Origin: Marsupella aquatica
Lineage: Eukaryota > Plantae > Marchantiophyta
Assembly: GCA_973895155.1 (NCBI GenBank)
Contig: OZ316891.1
Coordinates: 28,773,145 to 28,837,144 of the forward strand
Direction of reading: 5' to 3'
Length of the DNA stretch: 64,000 nucleotides
This document shows positions 1-31,810 of the stretch, piece by piece (positions within the stretch are counted from its first letter, which is position 1; each line of letters begins with the position of its first letter). The notes beneath the pieces are model-generated. The model was not told the origin of the DNA and did no database searches. It saw only the letters and a list, made by a program, of their open reading frames with translations. The position numbers were made by a program, and so were the translations under genes.

Positions 1-222
1 GAATGTGCGCAATGAATAATTTCTACGTCACTTTGAGCAATGACTTTCCACCTGTCCCATTCTATTTTCCTGTTGCGTTCCATTTCACCCTTATTTTGCT
101 ACCGGAAATGGCCTAAGAGCCTGTTTCCTTTCACCCCCCTGGCGGCCCAGAATCCCGTTGCGCAAAGGAGGGTTGTGCGAAGGAAATGTCCTGCAACTCC
201 CACGGTCCACTATGTGCAATTC

Positions 223-482
223 GCACGGTAGACTTTGCGCAGGTATTTCATGGGCCACCCTCGAAAGTTTCGTTCGTTGTGATCGGATGGGGTTTCTGCC
301 ATGTAGCCGGGGTGAAAGGAGATGAACTCTAATACTGGGGCGCCCGGTACACTTTGCGCAGGCATTTTACTCGCCACCTCCGAAAGTTTCAATTGTTGTG
401 ATCGGCTCCACACATCTGGGGGATTTTACAACTGGGGTTCGATCGTGTAGCTGGGGTGAATGGAAATGAACTATAATGCTGG
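223..482 (+). repeat. Imperfect ~120-nt tandem duplication upstream of the CHD start
   Basis: GTAGACTTTGCGCAGG..CGAAAGTTTC..TTGTGATCGG..TGTAGCCGGGGTGAA..ATGAACT occurs at ~228-337 and again at ~347-482. Confidence 0.8.
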
Positions 483-636
483 CGATGAACGGAGACGAAT
501 CCCTCTCTCTCTCTGAAGTTATAGAATTTTCAGTCAGCTCTCTCCTTGAAGTTTTAGAATTTGCACTCTTGTCAGACGCCTTTGGCAACACAGTGGACTT
601 AAAGCTGGCGAAGAGAATTAAGAGTTCATGTGAAAT

Positions 637-14052
<13,416 letters not shown>

Positions 14053-15887
14053 TAGGGAAAGATCGGAGATTAGCCTGCATATTCAGATTATTGCTGTAGA
14101 GTGGCTCGAACTCATAAAGATCAAGATGGATCTCAGAAGTAGGGAAATGCCAGATTTAGGAAATAGCCCCTTTGTCATGATCAGGGGTCAAACAGAGTCT
14201 GTACAGTGAATGTACATAATAGACACTTGTGCAGTTAATCGAAGTTCCGTTGCTCTACTCCACCTTTACATTTCAAAGTTTGTTGAACTCCTTAAAGTAG
14301 TTCTGCGCCTCATTCTTGGAGATCACTCTCTACTTCTGTATAAGACTCCTGTTAGAGGACAGGAGCTGTTAATAATCCTTGAAGGTTGTTTTCCCGCCCG
14401 AGTTTTACAAGAATTTGGAACCGGCACAATGAGCTTTCCCATCGATGCATATCCATGGACCTCAACTGGGTCCCATACTTTGAGAGATTCGTGCACCATC
14501 ATTCAGCAATAGCGATGTGTGCGTTCTATTATTATGGACGTGTTGCCTGGCCAACAACCAGGCACTGTGCAGAAAACACTGCTTGGGTTCGTTGCGTTCC
14601 CTGTATTAGTTCCTTGGTTTGTCTGAAGCTCTTGGTACATATATCTTTAACTTTTGTCCTCTCAGGTCTGTCCTTGCGGGTGGCCGAGGGTAAGTTATGC
14701 TCTGCCACTAATATTGAGTGCCATTAGCACTTAACTAGAATTTCTTGATAATTGCATCACGATAAATTAGATTTCTCAACTTCTCAGGTGAAGTTGTCAG
14801 CAATTGTTGAAGTGCTTGCTGACTTCTCTAAATACATTGCATTTAAAGCACTCTGAGAGATGACATATTTATGATCGTGCCATATTTATAAATTGAGGTG
14901 CCCTTGTTATGCGTGATTTAGTGCCTGCTAGCAGTTATTAGTCACACCTCAATATTTGTAAGGTTGCGCCAGGTGCTGGGATCATCTCAAGAGATTGAGC
15001 TTTCCATTCCTGTATTTGGTTAATTGTGGTATATCTAAGTTTCCTAGCTGAACTGATTATCTATAGCAGAAGACTAGGTGAGGTGATTATTGTTTTTCTG
15101 CTAGGATCCAGTTTCGAGTTCTCTGACATACTGAATCATCACGCTTTTGACGGTGGAACTATGGTACTAATTTGATTTGAAAAGCTCCCATCCTTGATTT
15201 TTACAGTGAAATTAGAACCCGGACAAGGACGGAGGGAACATGCCAATCGAGAGTGCAGCGACCCTTCTCGAGCTCAGAATACCAGACCTACGCCGCAAGG
15301 ACTTTGTACTGGCGATCAGTCATGCTGATGTTCCATGATTCTGCAATGACTGCAAAGCGAACATGTCAACACTGCGGGATAAGACATCCTGAATGGAGGT
15401 ATTGCATTTCCTGCATGAGTTGGGGAAGGTAACCGTCCATGGAGTTTTCTGCTCTCAAAAGTTTTGCAGTGTGTTTGAGAGCCTCGATGTACCGGATTTT
15501 TGTGTATCGTCGAAAGTAGGGAAGTTTTTGGACGTCGGATTTACTATTGCATTCCTGCAACGCTGTTGGGTCATTCCAATAATGTATTAGGTGAGCCAGA
15601 AAATGCGATTCAAGTTTTCTAGCCAAGAGAGGTCGTGAATTGTTCTGAAGCTTACTGCAAACAATGGAAATGATTCTTTTGAAGCATTGTGCTTCGATTT
15701 CTATTTGTAAAGAAGAAACAGTAGCTATTCAATTGTGCTTTGATTGCTACATGCAACCTTTGCCGTTCTCGCCCTCTTCTCCCATTCATTGCGTGCGCAA
15801 GGGGCCTCAGGGAAGAAGGCATAGAGGGCATGCGGGGAGGCAGGGATTAAAAGGGGTTTTTGGTGGATTCGAAATGTTCCGACTTCA

Positions 15888-16395
15888 TTCTTGCCCATTT
15901 TATTGCGACAAGCATCGTTGCTTCACAGATGTTATTTACATTGCACATAAACTGTGAAATCAAATGATGCAGAAGTCAACATAAAAGTAGGGGATGGCTC
16001 AGTATATCGAGTAGTGACAGTAGGGGCGAGAGTCGCAAGAAATTCTAATTTGTCAATGATAGAAAAGATGGAACAAAAGTAAGGGTTGGAAGGCACAAAT
16101 GGGGGTGAGAGCTGAGGCAAAAGCCAGAGTAAGACTATTAGAGATGTTGAGGCACATCAAGCAAGTCAGGTCTTTTTTTTTGGGGGGGAAGAGAGTTTGG
16201 GGGTTTGGTCTCTTTGGCTTTTGGAAAGAAAACAAATCTTCCTTAAAAACCTTCTTAGAAACGATTGTCGGAACTTTAGATGCAATAACAAAGTTTGGGA
16301 ACCTTTCCTCTTGTAAAGGTGTCAGGAGAAAATTAAATAGTAGTCCCCATCACTTTTGCCTTTTATTATATTTTAAAATAAGGGCAGGATCCTGT
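15888..16395. repeat. Unclassified dispersed repeat, copy 1 (homologous to 41752-42250)
   Basis: Collinear shared blocks: AAGTCAACA..AAGTAGGGGAT, TTGTCAATGATA.A.AAGAT.GAACAAAAG, CAAATGGGGG, GGCAAAAGCCAGAG.AAGACTA, GATGTTGAG.CACA.CAAGCAAG. Confidence 0.75.
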
Positions 16396-19300
16396 GCCTC
16401 GTGGTTCCTTTTTGTCTTCCTTACTTCCTTTTGAACCGGGTGTGCCTAAATGCATTTCTTGTATGGCAATTACTTACTCTACTCATGATTGTACCGGCAA
16501 CAGTCATGTAGTGACCTGTTTTGTTGTTGCCCCTCCCCTCAACCCTTATTTGGGGTGGTGGATGCCTGGGAAGTCAGTTATGGTTGTCCTCGCCCACTGC
16601 CAGTCTAAACCTACCCAATAATATCAATATAACTATCAGTAACGAGACCTCTCTTTTTGTCCAGTAGGTTATGCGCCTAATGGTAGACCATTTACTGAGG
16701 TGCAGGTTTTGAAACCTCCTCTGCTTGGCAAAATGGTTTTTACACAAACCCCACCCAAAAGTGGGGTTGGGCTAAGCTTTTGACACTAAGAGGAAAAATA
16801 ATGACGGGCAGAGGACAGTCTCAATGCCATAACTGCTTTTCCAGGTACTCATCTTGCTGAATAACCCTTTCCCTTCTGCCCGGCCTGCATGTCCTCATGG
16901 CCCCATCCCAGCATGTCTTTATGTTGCCCATCCATTTTGCCTCCAGCACCCCATCCCCTCGCAACCTAATCCACACCGCACCCTGGTCCCTTAGTGGCAC
17001 TTTTGCATGATTGGGAGTACTTGGATAGGGTCCCTTAGTGGCACTTTTGCATGATTGGGAGTACTTGGATAATCTGCTTTTCAATTGGATGGCAGAGTTC
17101 ATTTGTGCCCAATATTCATTGAAAAACATACATGAGAAAAAAAAAAAAAACAAGATTGCATATTATAGTGGTTGGTGCAAGAGGTTCCTTGGGGGCACAA
17201 ACCCAAGCCTTCATGAGTCTACTACGATCCAATATTTCCTTATAGTAACCTCTCAATGCTCTTCTTGTGCGATTGATTTTTCAAGTCTTTATAGTAACCC
17301 AAATAGCCTTTTAAATGAAGGGCGATGCTTTAGGCATGCTCCTCCAATGGTGCCACTATATGCCAAGCAACTGGTTGGAAGGCCCATGATGTCTTCATGC
17401 CCAGCTCCGAGATGCCCTTACCGTGGGAAACAATAACTGCCAATCGTACTCATTCACACTCCTTTCTCAAAATGAGACCAACAAAATGGCTGTCCCTCAC
17501 CTGACCATGGGCCATCCACAAATTTTGAAAGCAGAACTACAAACAAAAAGGCTTTGTTTGTTGCAAAAAGTTGTTATAATCCACCTGTTTTGGCTAAAAT
17601 TGGGTAGGTTTCTTTATTTTCCATTATCTAGTTTCTCACCTAGCTAGGGACCCCATTAGCCATCTGATGGTTACCCTTAGATGGAGATCTAATGGTAAAT
17701 AATCAATATAAGAAACTTCCCTTAAATCTAGGGAGATGTAATGGAAAACAATCAATATACGAAACTTCAATAAAGATTATTCTTAGAAATTTTCTTTCAG
17801 GCAAGGTGACACTCCCCACCCGGAAGTGAAAAAGAAAAAAAACCTCAAAGATTATGCTGCTATGAAGAAAAATAAAAATGTATTACACAAAATGGGCCAA
17901 GCAAAGTAAAATGAAGTGCAGAGGAAAGAAGTCCCAAGAGGACAAAGACAGCAGAAGCAAGTGCAGCCCTGAACAACGTTTTAAAAAATAATTTAAAATC
18001 ACGGTGTTGCCCCTAGTATTGCAAATTAAAAATGCCCTAGGAGTCTAGTACAAAAACAAAACACCACAAGGAGGCGTTTCGTAAAATCATGCAGAGATGC
18101 TCCATCCTATGGGATCATTTTTGGGGCACACAAAGTGCCATGAGTGCAGAAGTGGACCCCAAATGACCCTTTGCGGTGTAAAGTTAAATGAGGTCATCCT
18201 CGGAAAATGTATGGCTCAAATTTTATCTTTAGGTGCCTTTTCTCCGTTTGCTCTGATGCACTTTCTGGGTTCTTTCGCCTTATGACTTTGACTGACTCCC
18301 CCATCTTTTGTCTCCTTGGGGTTCATTATAGCCTTGTTTTAGTGGCAAAAATTAGCCAAATTTCATCTCCCAAAAAAGCTTCAGCCGCTTTTGGCAAAAA
18401 TTGGTTAGAGTAATTTTCTCTCATTAGCCATTGTCCCACCTAATCACAGGCCCCATTAGCCAGAACTCAATGGCCATCCTTTAATCTAGGGGGATCTGAT
18501 GGTCAGGAAAATAATCGGATAAGAACATTTTGAGCATCTTCTCCTTCACACACAGGACATTTGCCACTCTGGCCGAAAATAACAACCTTAAAAAAATAAG
18601 CTGGTTCGTTATACTATCTAGGAAATTCACACAACTGATCATTACTATTACTTTGAGAGAAGACAACAGAGCACAAAATAAGGCATTTATGGTTTCTCCA
18701 CCTTCTGGGTCTTCAGCCAAAAATAGAAACTAAGAAATGAACTGATCTTTGCAAAAATTAAAGCCCTAAGCTATTTTAGGTAAAGCCCTCGTAAACAAAT
18801 AATATTGATACATATAAATATAACTGTATCAAGTTGGCAAAGAGCCCAGATGATATAGGATAGGATCTTAGAGAATAAAGCCCAAAACAACAACCCTATA
18901 TAGGACCAAAAATCCAGAGAGTCAAGATGGATCATCACGTCTGACGTTGAGGACCCTAAGAGACCAAACACTCTTTGACACCAAAGTATTTTTTAATAGA
19001 CCAAAAATATGCTAGTTCAGACTGCTGAAACTCACATGGACGCTTCTAAGTATCACTTAGTACTGATATAACATCGCTTCTTTGTTATACAAATTCATCT
19101 TGATTTTCTGATGTCAAAACAATGGTCTATCTGAGCATCAGCTTATAGCAGAGGTATTTTTCTGGTTTTGTTTTGTTTTGTTTTTGAAAATCTAAAATTG
19201 TATTCGGCGTGAACCCCACAGATACGCGTGAACCCCACAGATAAATGGACCCAGCAAGTCAAGGCAAGCAAAACAGCACCGATGAGGGTGAAACAGGCCA

Positions 19301-20797
19301 TAAAGGCAACACAGCTAGAGGGTCCATCCAGACCCACACCACAAGGGGAGAAGCAAGCTCCACTGCCTCAACATCCCAGCCACATAGTCAAGAGTAGTCA
19401 ACAGGGGAATGCCCCATAATGTACTGCACATGGTAGTTTCTAAACGTGTTATTCCAGTAAAAGTAATATAATTCTATAAATTTGATGCAAGTTGCCACAC
19501 TTCAGTCTGAGCCACCTGAGGGATCTTGTCAAGCGTGGTGAGCAGAGGTTTAGGTTATCTCCAAGCTTGCCCCTTCAAAATAGACTCCCTGATTCACCTA
19601 GCTCATGAACCCTGAATGGGTGGTCTAAGAGAGTCTAGAGGCAACAAAAAACAAAACAAAAAGTCTAGAGGGTAAAACTCTTCATTACATCCTCAATCAC
19701 TACTATTCTTCCAATTTCCAAATTTTTTTACCGGAAAAACTTCTCTCTGCCATGCAACTAAATCAAGTATTTGTGGACTAGACTTTTTTAATTAGAGAGC
19801 TGAAATTTAGCCAATTTTGGCCACTAAAACAAAGCTGCCTATAGCAATCCTTTCCGCGTCATTATTTGTGATTGCTTGTAAGGTACCGTGTCTATTGTTA
19901 TTGCTTGTACGTTACCCTCAGGAGTGTAGCAGATAAAAGTCATGTTACTTTCCTTGAAAGCAAGAAAGACAAGTGGAGGTATTCTAGGCACAGAAGGAGA
20001 TAGACAGCTGGTGGAGTGAATGGACCCAAAGCTGTACCTGGTTTTCATCAATTATCCTCTGCAAATTCAGGTCCTCGAGTCGTGGGTCCTAATGATACCC
20101 ATATAAGGATACATGAGCCCAAATTAGATTTGGGCATTAAATAATTCAAAGAAATTATGGGATCAGTTCACAAATTCAAAGTTTCTGATGCAACAGCCAA
20201 AAAAGAATTGGATGACGCTAAATGCCCTCTAGAATCTATATTCCAATGTGTTATGGGTCCTCTCCTCTAATTCAATTCAAAGCATGAGTGTGAGTCTATG
20301 AAAATGGTGCAATTGGCTTAATGTACTCATCTCTAGTTACTTTCAAAGAACCAATCACCTTTATTCACTTTCAAAGAGTGGGTATTCACTCTCATTTGAG
20401 TGCCATGGGCTTGAATATACTCACCTTAATTTAAGTTTAAACCACACCTTTCTTTCAAAAGCTACAAGTGACTGGAAAGTACCATTAAAAACAATTTTTC
20501 CTGAAATAATGGAGCTAATTGGCAGGATAGAGGAGAAAAGTTAGTGGAATGTGGAAGTAGGGGGAGATCTTGGACACTTCCCCTTATATATGGCAAGTGA
20601 TGATTAAGTTAGTGGGAATGTGGAAATAGAGGGAGATCTTGGACACTTCTCCTTCTATATGGCAACTGATGATTTACTTTAAAGAACAGACACTCACCAA
20701 TATTTATGCTTAAAGAAAGCACACTCAACTTTATATATGTTCAAACAATGTGCACTGAGGCTAGTTTGTCACCATAGCAAAAGCTGGTCATGAGCCA

Positions 20798-21375
20798 TTA
20801 CTTTATCTTAATCGATTTGGTAGAAAAGGCCTGAAAATATTATTATATGTCACACTGCCAAAAACCGTTACTTTATTTTTTTTGCCTTGAAAACCGAAAG
20901 CAGGCCCATCCAACAGAGGATAGACGTCCTGCTTTGGAGCATGCATTTCTATGTAGGGCAGCCACAAGGGGACAATACCCAGGGATCCGACAGGGACCCA
21001 GACCAGGAGGGAGAGAGGATTCAACCAGAACCCAAAGTGGACAACCAGGGTTGAGGAGATAATCAATACTCCCACCACTACACCCCACCCACCCACACAC
21101 ACACACACATACCCTCCACACCCCTTATGTGTGGAGGGAGGATTGAACCCGGGACCCCTCGGTTCTAGGCTCATCCTCTGGCCAACTGACCAAAGCCAGT
21201 TGGTTAAAAAAATTAAAAAATTAAAAAAATTAAAAAAATTGTTACTTTAGCTCAATGGATTTGGTAGAAAAGGTCTGAAAATATTATTATATGTCACATT
21301 GCCAAAAACCGTTACTTTAGCTTAATGGATTTGGTAGAAAAGGTCTGAAAATATTATTATATGTCACACTGCCAT
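20798..21375 (+). repeat. ~70-nt tandem repeat (3 copies) interrupted by a SINE
   Basis: TTACTTTA..AAT.GATTTGGTAGAAAAGG.CTGAAAATATTATTATATGTCACA.TGCCA at ~20798, 21241, 21311. Confidence 0.9.
20876..21240 (-). mobile_element. tRNA-derived SINE with 9-bp target-site duplication
   Basis: Minus strand has an A-box-like TGGTCAGTTGGC (21192-21181), a B-box-like GGTTCAATCC (21149-21140), a (GT)n body and an A-rich tail at ~20883-20876. GTTACTTTA is duplicated at 20867-20875 and 21241-21249 but is single in the uninterrupted host repeat unit. Confidence 0.8.
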
Positions 21376-22902
21376 AAAGACAAGATTACCCAAACTTAGA
21401 ACCCAATAAATGATTGATTTTTTGTATTGAGAGGAGGTCTTTCCTCTTTGTTTCTGTCTTCATTGTCTGTTTTTGGTAGCGGGTGTCTGTGGTTCTTCAG
21501 CGGGCTCAGGCATTCACCCTCCTTTGTAGGGCTGAGGCAGTTGGATTTAGGGCCTCCCGATAGGTTCCGTTTTGTGACCCTCATATGTGATTTACTCCAG
21601 AGCTCTACCAGACCTTTCAGTTCACCATTTAGTAGGGTGTTAGCCTTCACTACTCTTCTGTTAAATTACTTTTTGGTCCTTATTATTTTGTTGGCTTTTG
21701 GCTTGGGACCCTTTGGCTTGTTTTTCTTGGGGCCCTTGCCCGCTTTTCCTCCCCTCCATTGGGTGATCATGTCTCCCACTTTGGAGTTTTTTGTCCTTGG
21801 CACTCTCATATATATATATAAAGGAGGGAAGGGAAAGACCCAAGAAGACCCCTATATATATAAAAATAAATAAAGGAGGGAAAGGAAAGACCCAAGAGGC
21901 TCAACAAAGTCAAAGAGTATCAAAGAGTAGTAAACTGAAAACCCAACTGGGCCGTAAACTGAAAAAGCTGGTCATCGAGCATTAAGGTGGAATAGATTTG
22001 GTCGAAAGTAAATTGGGGGGATGTTTAGAAATTAGAATTGCCTTCGCACGAAGCTCTGGGCGTGGAGGCCATCCCGATTCCCGAATGATGGTGTCCGGTA
22101 TTCGTTCCTACCTTCACTCCTTCATTCGCCCCCCTTTCACGGCAAATTCATTGGTTCAGTCTCTCTCTGTCTACTGCTACGTCAATTCGCTCCTTTCATG
22201 TGCTTGTGTAGGTTGTGCAGTGACGGGAGGTGATGCTGATCGAGCTTTTCTAGCGATTGACACGTTGATTCAATTCGGTGATGTGGCTCCAAGCAGAATA
22301 GACGAGGCAGGAGAGGAGATGAGTCTCGTTGTCTGGTGCCGATAATCAATCGATTTCGTGGTCGGGCCTTCGTTCTTCCGCTTTGTCTGCTCAGCATCGG
22401 CAAAGCTCGTATTTGAAACGATCTGATGCTCGCTTTTTCGGGTGTTTGGTAAACCGTTTTGTTGAGGGGAGGCCGTGCTGCAACACGAGGGAGGGAGGAA
22501 GGAAAGACTGATCGATCTGACGCGATCCAGAGAAGCGAATTGAATCTCACGGACTGACAAACGGATGCTTTGGAAGAAGCGTGATTAGGTTGATTCTTTT
22601 TTTCCGGAAAGTTGGCATCCTTGCCATCGTTCTTGCCGTGGGAGTACATGTCATTCGCTTTTCCGTGTGTTTGCATGCCAATCGACTCTCGTGCACCCGG
22701 GATTTCGAAGAGGAGGAAGCCCTTTTGGATTACTTTCCTCAGAGTGCAGAGCTCGGTGTCTGGAGGATTGCACCTCTGGGCTGGAGTGGGATGAAACAAA
22801 ACGGACGGACGCACATTAGGCAATGTAAAACACCAGAGTGTAAGGATCGCCTCCATGTGAGATAGATTGGTACCACTCCATTAGACAGGGAAGGGATTGA
22901 AA

Positions 22903-28381
<5,479 letters not shown>

Positions 28382-30857
28382 CACATTACCAAAATAACAG
28401 CGTGGGCAAGTTGCTCCATCCTTTCTAAATCGAGGTGCTAGTGCGAGCAAGTCTCTAGTTTTTGCTTCGTTGCTAGAGATTCAGGCACCATAGTCTCCTT
28501 CGCAGTATAGTGATCAAAGCCAAGATAGACAATGTGTTGTATAGTTGTGTCACGATCAGTAAGTTGTGAATTTGTAGAACTTATCATTGCCGTGCAGTAT
28601 TTAGATCAATCCACATTGAACTGGAGGTTGTAATATAGTCCTGATTTCCATGAATTTTTAATGATATCTACTGGGTCTCATTGTAGTCCTGATGTGGATG
28701 GGTAGAGAGATCAAATCTTGTTGCAATGATTCTTGGAAGTGATATTGTCCAGTTAACGTGCACCGCACAACATACATCACAAAATGTTGTTCCTATATTT
28801 GGGGTGTCCTATATTTCAGCCTTCTTTGGGATCTGAAGTGCAGCCCAAATGTTTTGTTTCTTTGGACTTTCATGGTCCCAGTTTAATGACTGGCATATAT
28901 TGGCCCACACACCATGTAGTTTCATTTAAAAGTTTTAGTTTGGTTCTGGTCTTTCTTGGCACAATTCTTGTGGTTGGTGTCTTGGTCCGCAGGCTTCTGC
29001 CGATTTACGAGACACAATAACCCAGCGATTCGATCCCGGAACATCTCTCCGGCCCAGGTTTCCACCATCCTGTTCACATTTTGCCTTGCTTTTCTTAAGC
29101 ATGACGTCTAAAAAATTGTGGCCCTCAAATTCCTAACCAACCTTCAAGCAAGAAGTAAGCTTGGCTACGTAGTCTATTTAGTCTGGTATCCAAGAAGCCT
29201 TGGTACAGCAGTGATTTATACATCTAGCAATGTCGTTAGACACTCAAGTGATCTTTACTTTTCTTCAACCACTCCACTCTTACTGAACTCTAGCACCAAA
29301 GAACTCGCATCTGTCATGGTACTGAATTTAAATCTCAATGTCGAGAGCAGTTTTGGTACGTTTGTAATGAATCCTGGGGATCGATGTAGACGTTCCTGAA
29401 AGTGACTGAACAGAATCGAGAGCAGTCCTTCTGCAAAGATAATCGTAACTATATTGCCAAGGTTGTCATGATGTCGCTATTTTGGAGATGAAAGCTAAGC
29501 TTCTGGGTATCTATTTTCGTCATCTGGAGTCCAAAGTTAAACCTTCTTAATTCCTAACTTCATCCTCCTAATGAAGTTTTATCTGTTTTGTTTTTCAAAA
29601 GCTCACCTGTCTGGAGATTCTCAGGGGCATGGTTCTTGAAGATGATACCCTCCCTTTCACCCCCAATCCCAGCTGACTATGCACGGCTGCCCTGATTGTT
29701 TTACAGGACCTCACCACTATATGCAGGTCCTCGTATAGAAACTGAGTGGAAATCAAAAGCTGTGGTGAGAGCGAAGTCCTTCAGTCTTGGTGGCTGTGCA
29801 GGTCTTGCCAAGAGGTCTCATTTCTCCATTACTTGGCTCTTTCCATTCCTCTGACAGCCCCTACGACAATTTGAGAAATAGGCCTCAACGATATGCATCC
29901 AAGTTTTGTTGAATTTAGAGATGACAATTTGGCACAGCAACAAGCTCGGCTTGATTCATACATTGTGTGTCTGTGTGTTGAGGGAGATGGTAGGAGGGAA
30001 CTTTTAGACGTTCTGATGAGCTGCTTGCTGGAGGACGTTCATCAGTGCATTGACATGTCATTTGAATGATTTAACGATTGAAATGTCCGCTCACCATTGC
30101 GCTCCTGCTTGCCAAAGTTCTATCCTGGCAGATCACTAACTTTTATAGATGTGCATGAGTTGAGTGGTCGCTATTTTAGCAATAAATTCAGCCGTGGAGT
30201 TTTTACCTTTTTTCCAGTAGGCTGTCGTCCATCACAAATGGCGTTTACCTTTGTCATGTCAATGGTGTGCGGTCGTGTTGGATTGATAGATTCCTTCTCT
30301 AGGAAATGTGGACAAAATGTCAAAATGTATAAACATTGTTGGTGGGAACTTGTTTACTCAAAAGAGTTTTATCATCATTCTTAGATGGAGTGAACCGACT
30401 GTCCCCAAGGCCCAGTTACCATTTTAAGAAACTTTAGTGGATTGGAACATATTTTTTAGGGGGAGTTGAGTAGGTTTGCTTCGACAATCTGACTCGAGAA
30501 GAGGTCTCCAAGGCAATGTAATATCATTGTTATGAGACCACATGGGGCAACATTCACCTCTGAGTAAGCTTGAAAGCTAGTAGTTCAACCTCCTCCCACC
30601 AAATATTATCCTTGGCGATTCCACTGAACCAATCAGAGGTCCAGCTAGTACTGGTGGTCATGACTCACTGTTCACACCATCTCTCCACACCAAAGCTTCA
30701 TGTAAACTACACTTTGGAGATGGGCGGCTCTCTACAACTCCCACGGAGCTACAAACCATCCTGCTGGATGGGCGAGCTTTTGTCTAAGGCCTCACTGGAA
30801 ACCCTGCTTCAGATTGTTGTGGGGTGGTCCTGCCACACAACCGGGAATCATAGAGAA

Positions 30858-31810
30858 CTAGCTCAATACCCGTGCGTTGCACAAAAGAAGTCGTGGCGGC
30901 CAAGATGTCGTTGAGAAAAAACCAATGTCGAGTCGGCCAAGAGGTCGTTGAGCGAAAAGATGTCTTATCGGCCAAGATGTCATGTCGGCAAAGACATCGT
31001 TGAGGGAAAGATGTCGTCTCAGCCAAGACATCATTGAGGGAAAATACCCGTGCCGTGCACAAAAGATGTCGTTAAGAAATTAAAAAGATGTTGCCCAAAA
31101 TGTCATTAAAATAAACATGTCATGGCGCCCAAGATATCGTTAATAAAATAGATGTCGTGTCTCCCAAGATGTTGCTAAGAGAAAAATGTTGTGGCGCCCA
31201 AAATGCTGTTAAGAGAAAATATGTTGTGTTTCCCAAAAATGATATTCTTATGTGAAAGATGTCATGAAGTAAAGCTATGTTGTTAAGAAAAAGAAGTCAT
31301 TTTACCAAAGATGGCATGTTGCCCAAAAGGTCATCAAGTAAAAAATTGTCGTCAAGTAAATAGATGTCATGTCGCCAATGATGTCGTTATGCCAAAGATG
31401 TCGTTAAGTATTAAGATGTTGTTAAGTATAAAATGGTCAATAGATAAAGTATGACATTAGTAAAAGATGTTGTGAAGTAAAAGATGTTGTTAAGTACATC
31501 TTGTACCTGATACCTGTGCACTGCACAAATGATGCATGTTGAGGTGAGAAAATATGTCAAGGTGAAAAAAGATGTCGATAAGAGAAAAACATTTCGAGCT
31601 GAGAAAAATATGTCAAGGAAAGAAAAACATTCTGAGGTGAGAAAAATATGTCAAGGGAGAGAAAAGATGGCGAGATGAGAAAACATGTCAAGGAGAGAAA
31701 AGACATATGTCGAGGTGAGAAAAGATCTTGAGGTGAGGAAAATATGTCAAGATGAGCAAAGATCTTGAGGTGAGAAGATCTTCATATGAAGAAAATATGT
31801 CAAGATGAGA
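30858..31810 (-). mobile_element. Helitron 3' end(s) with AAAAGATGTC-type minisatellite; 5' end not located
   Basis: A|CTAG at 30858 followed by hairpin GTGCGTTGCAC. Layout and adjacent minisatellite match the end of the 49245-55105 Helitron. Further hairpin copies at ~31050 and ~31515. Confidence 0.75.

Noticed and set aside
14053-15660. Possible extra gene or 3'UTR exons after the CHD stop (donor-like GG|GTAAGT near 14690, short ORFs)
   Set aside because: Isolated splice-like motifs with no consistent exon chain and no recognisable protein.
21135-21205. Possible tRNA gene
   Set aside because: Only A/B-box-like motifs with no complete cloverleaf; it is followed by a non-tRNA body, tail and TSD, so I call it a SINE.
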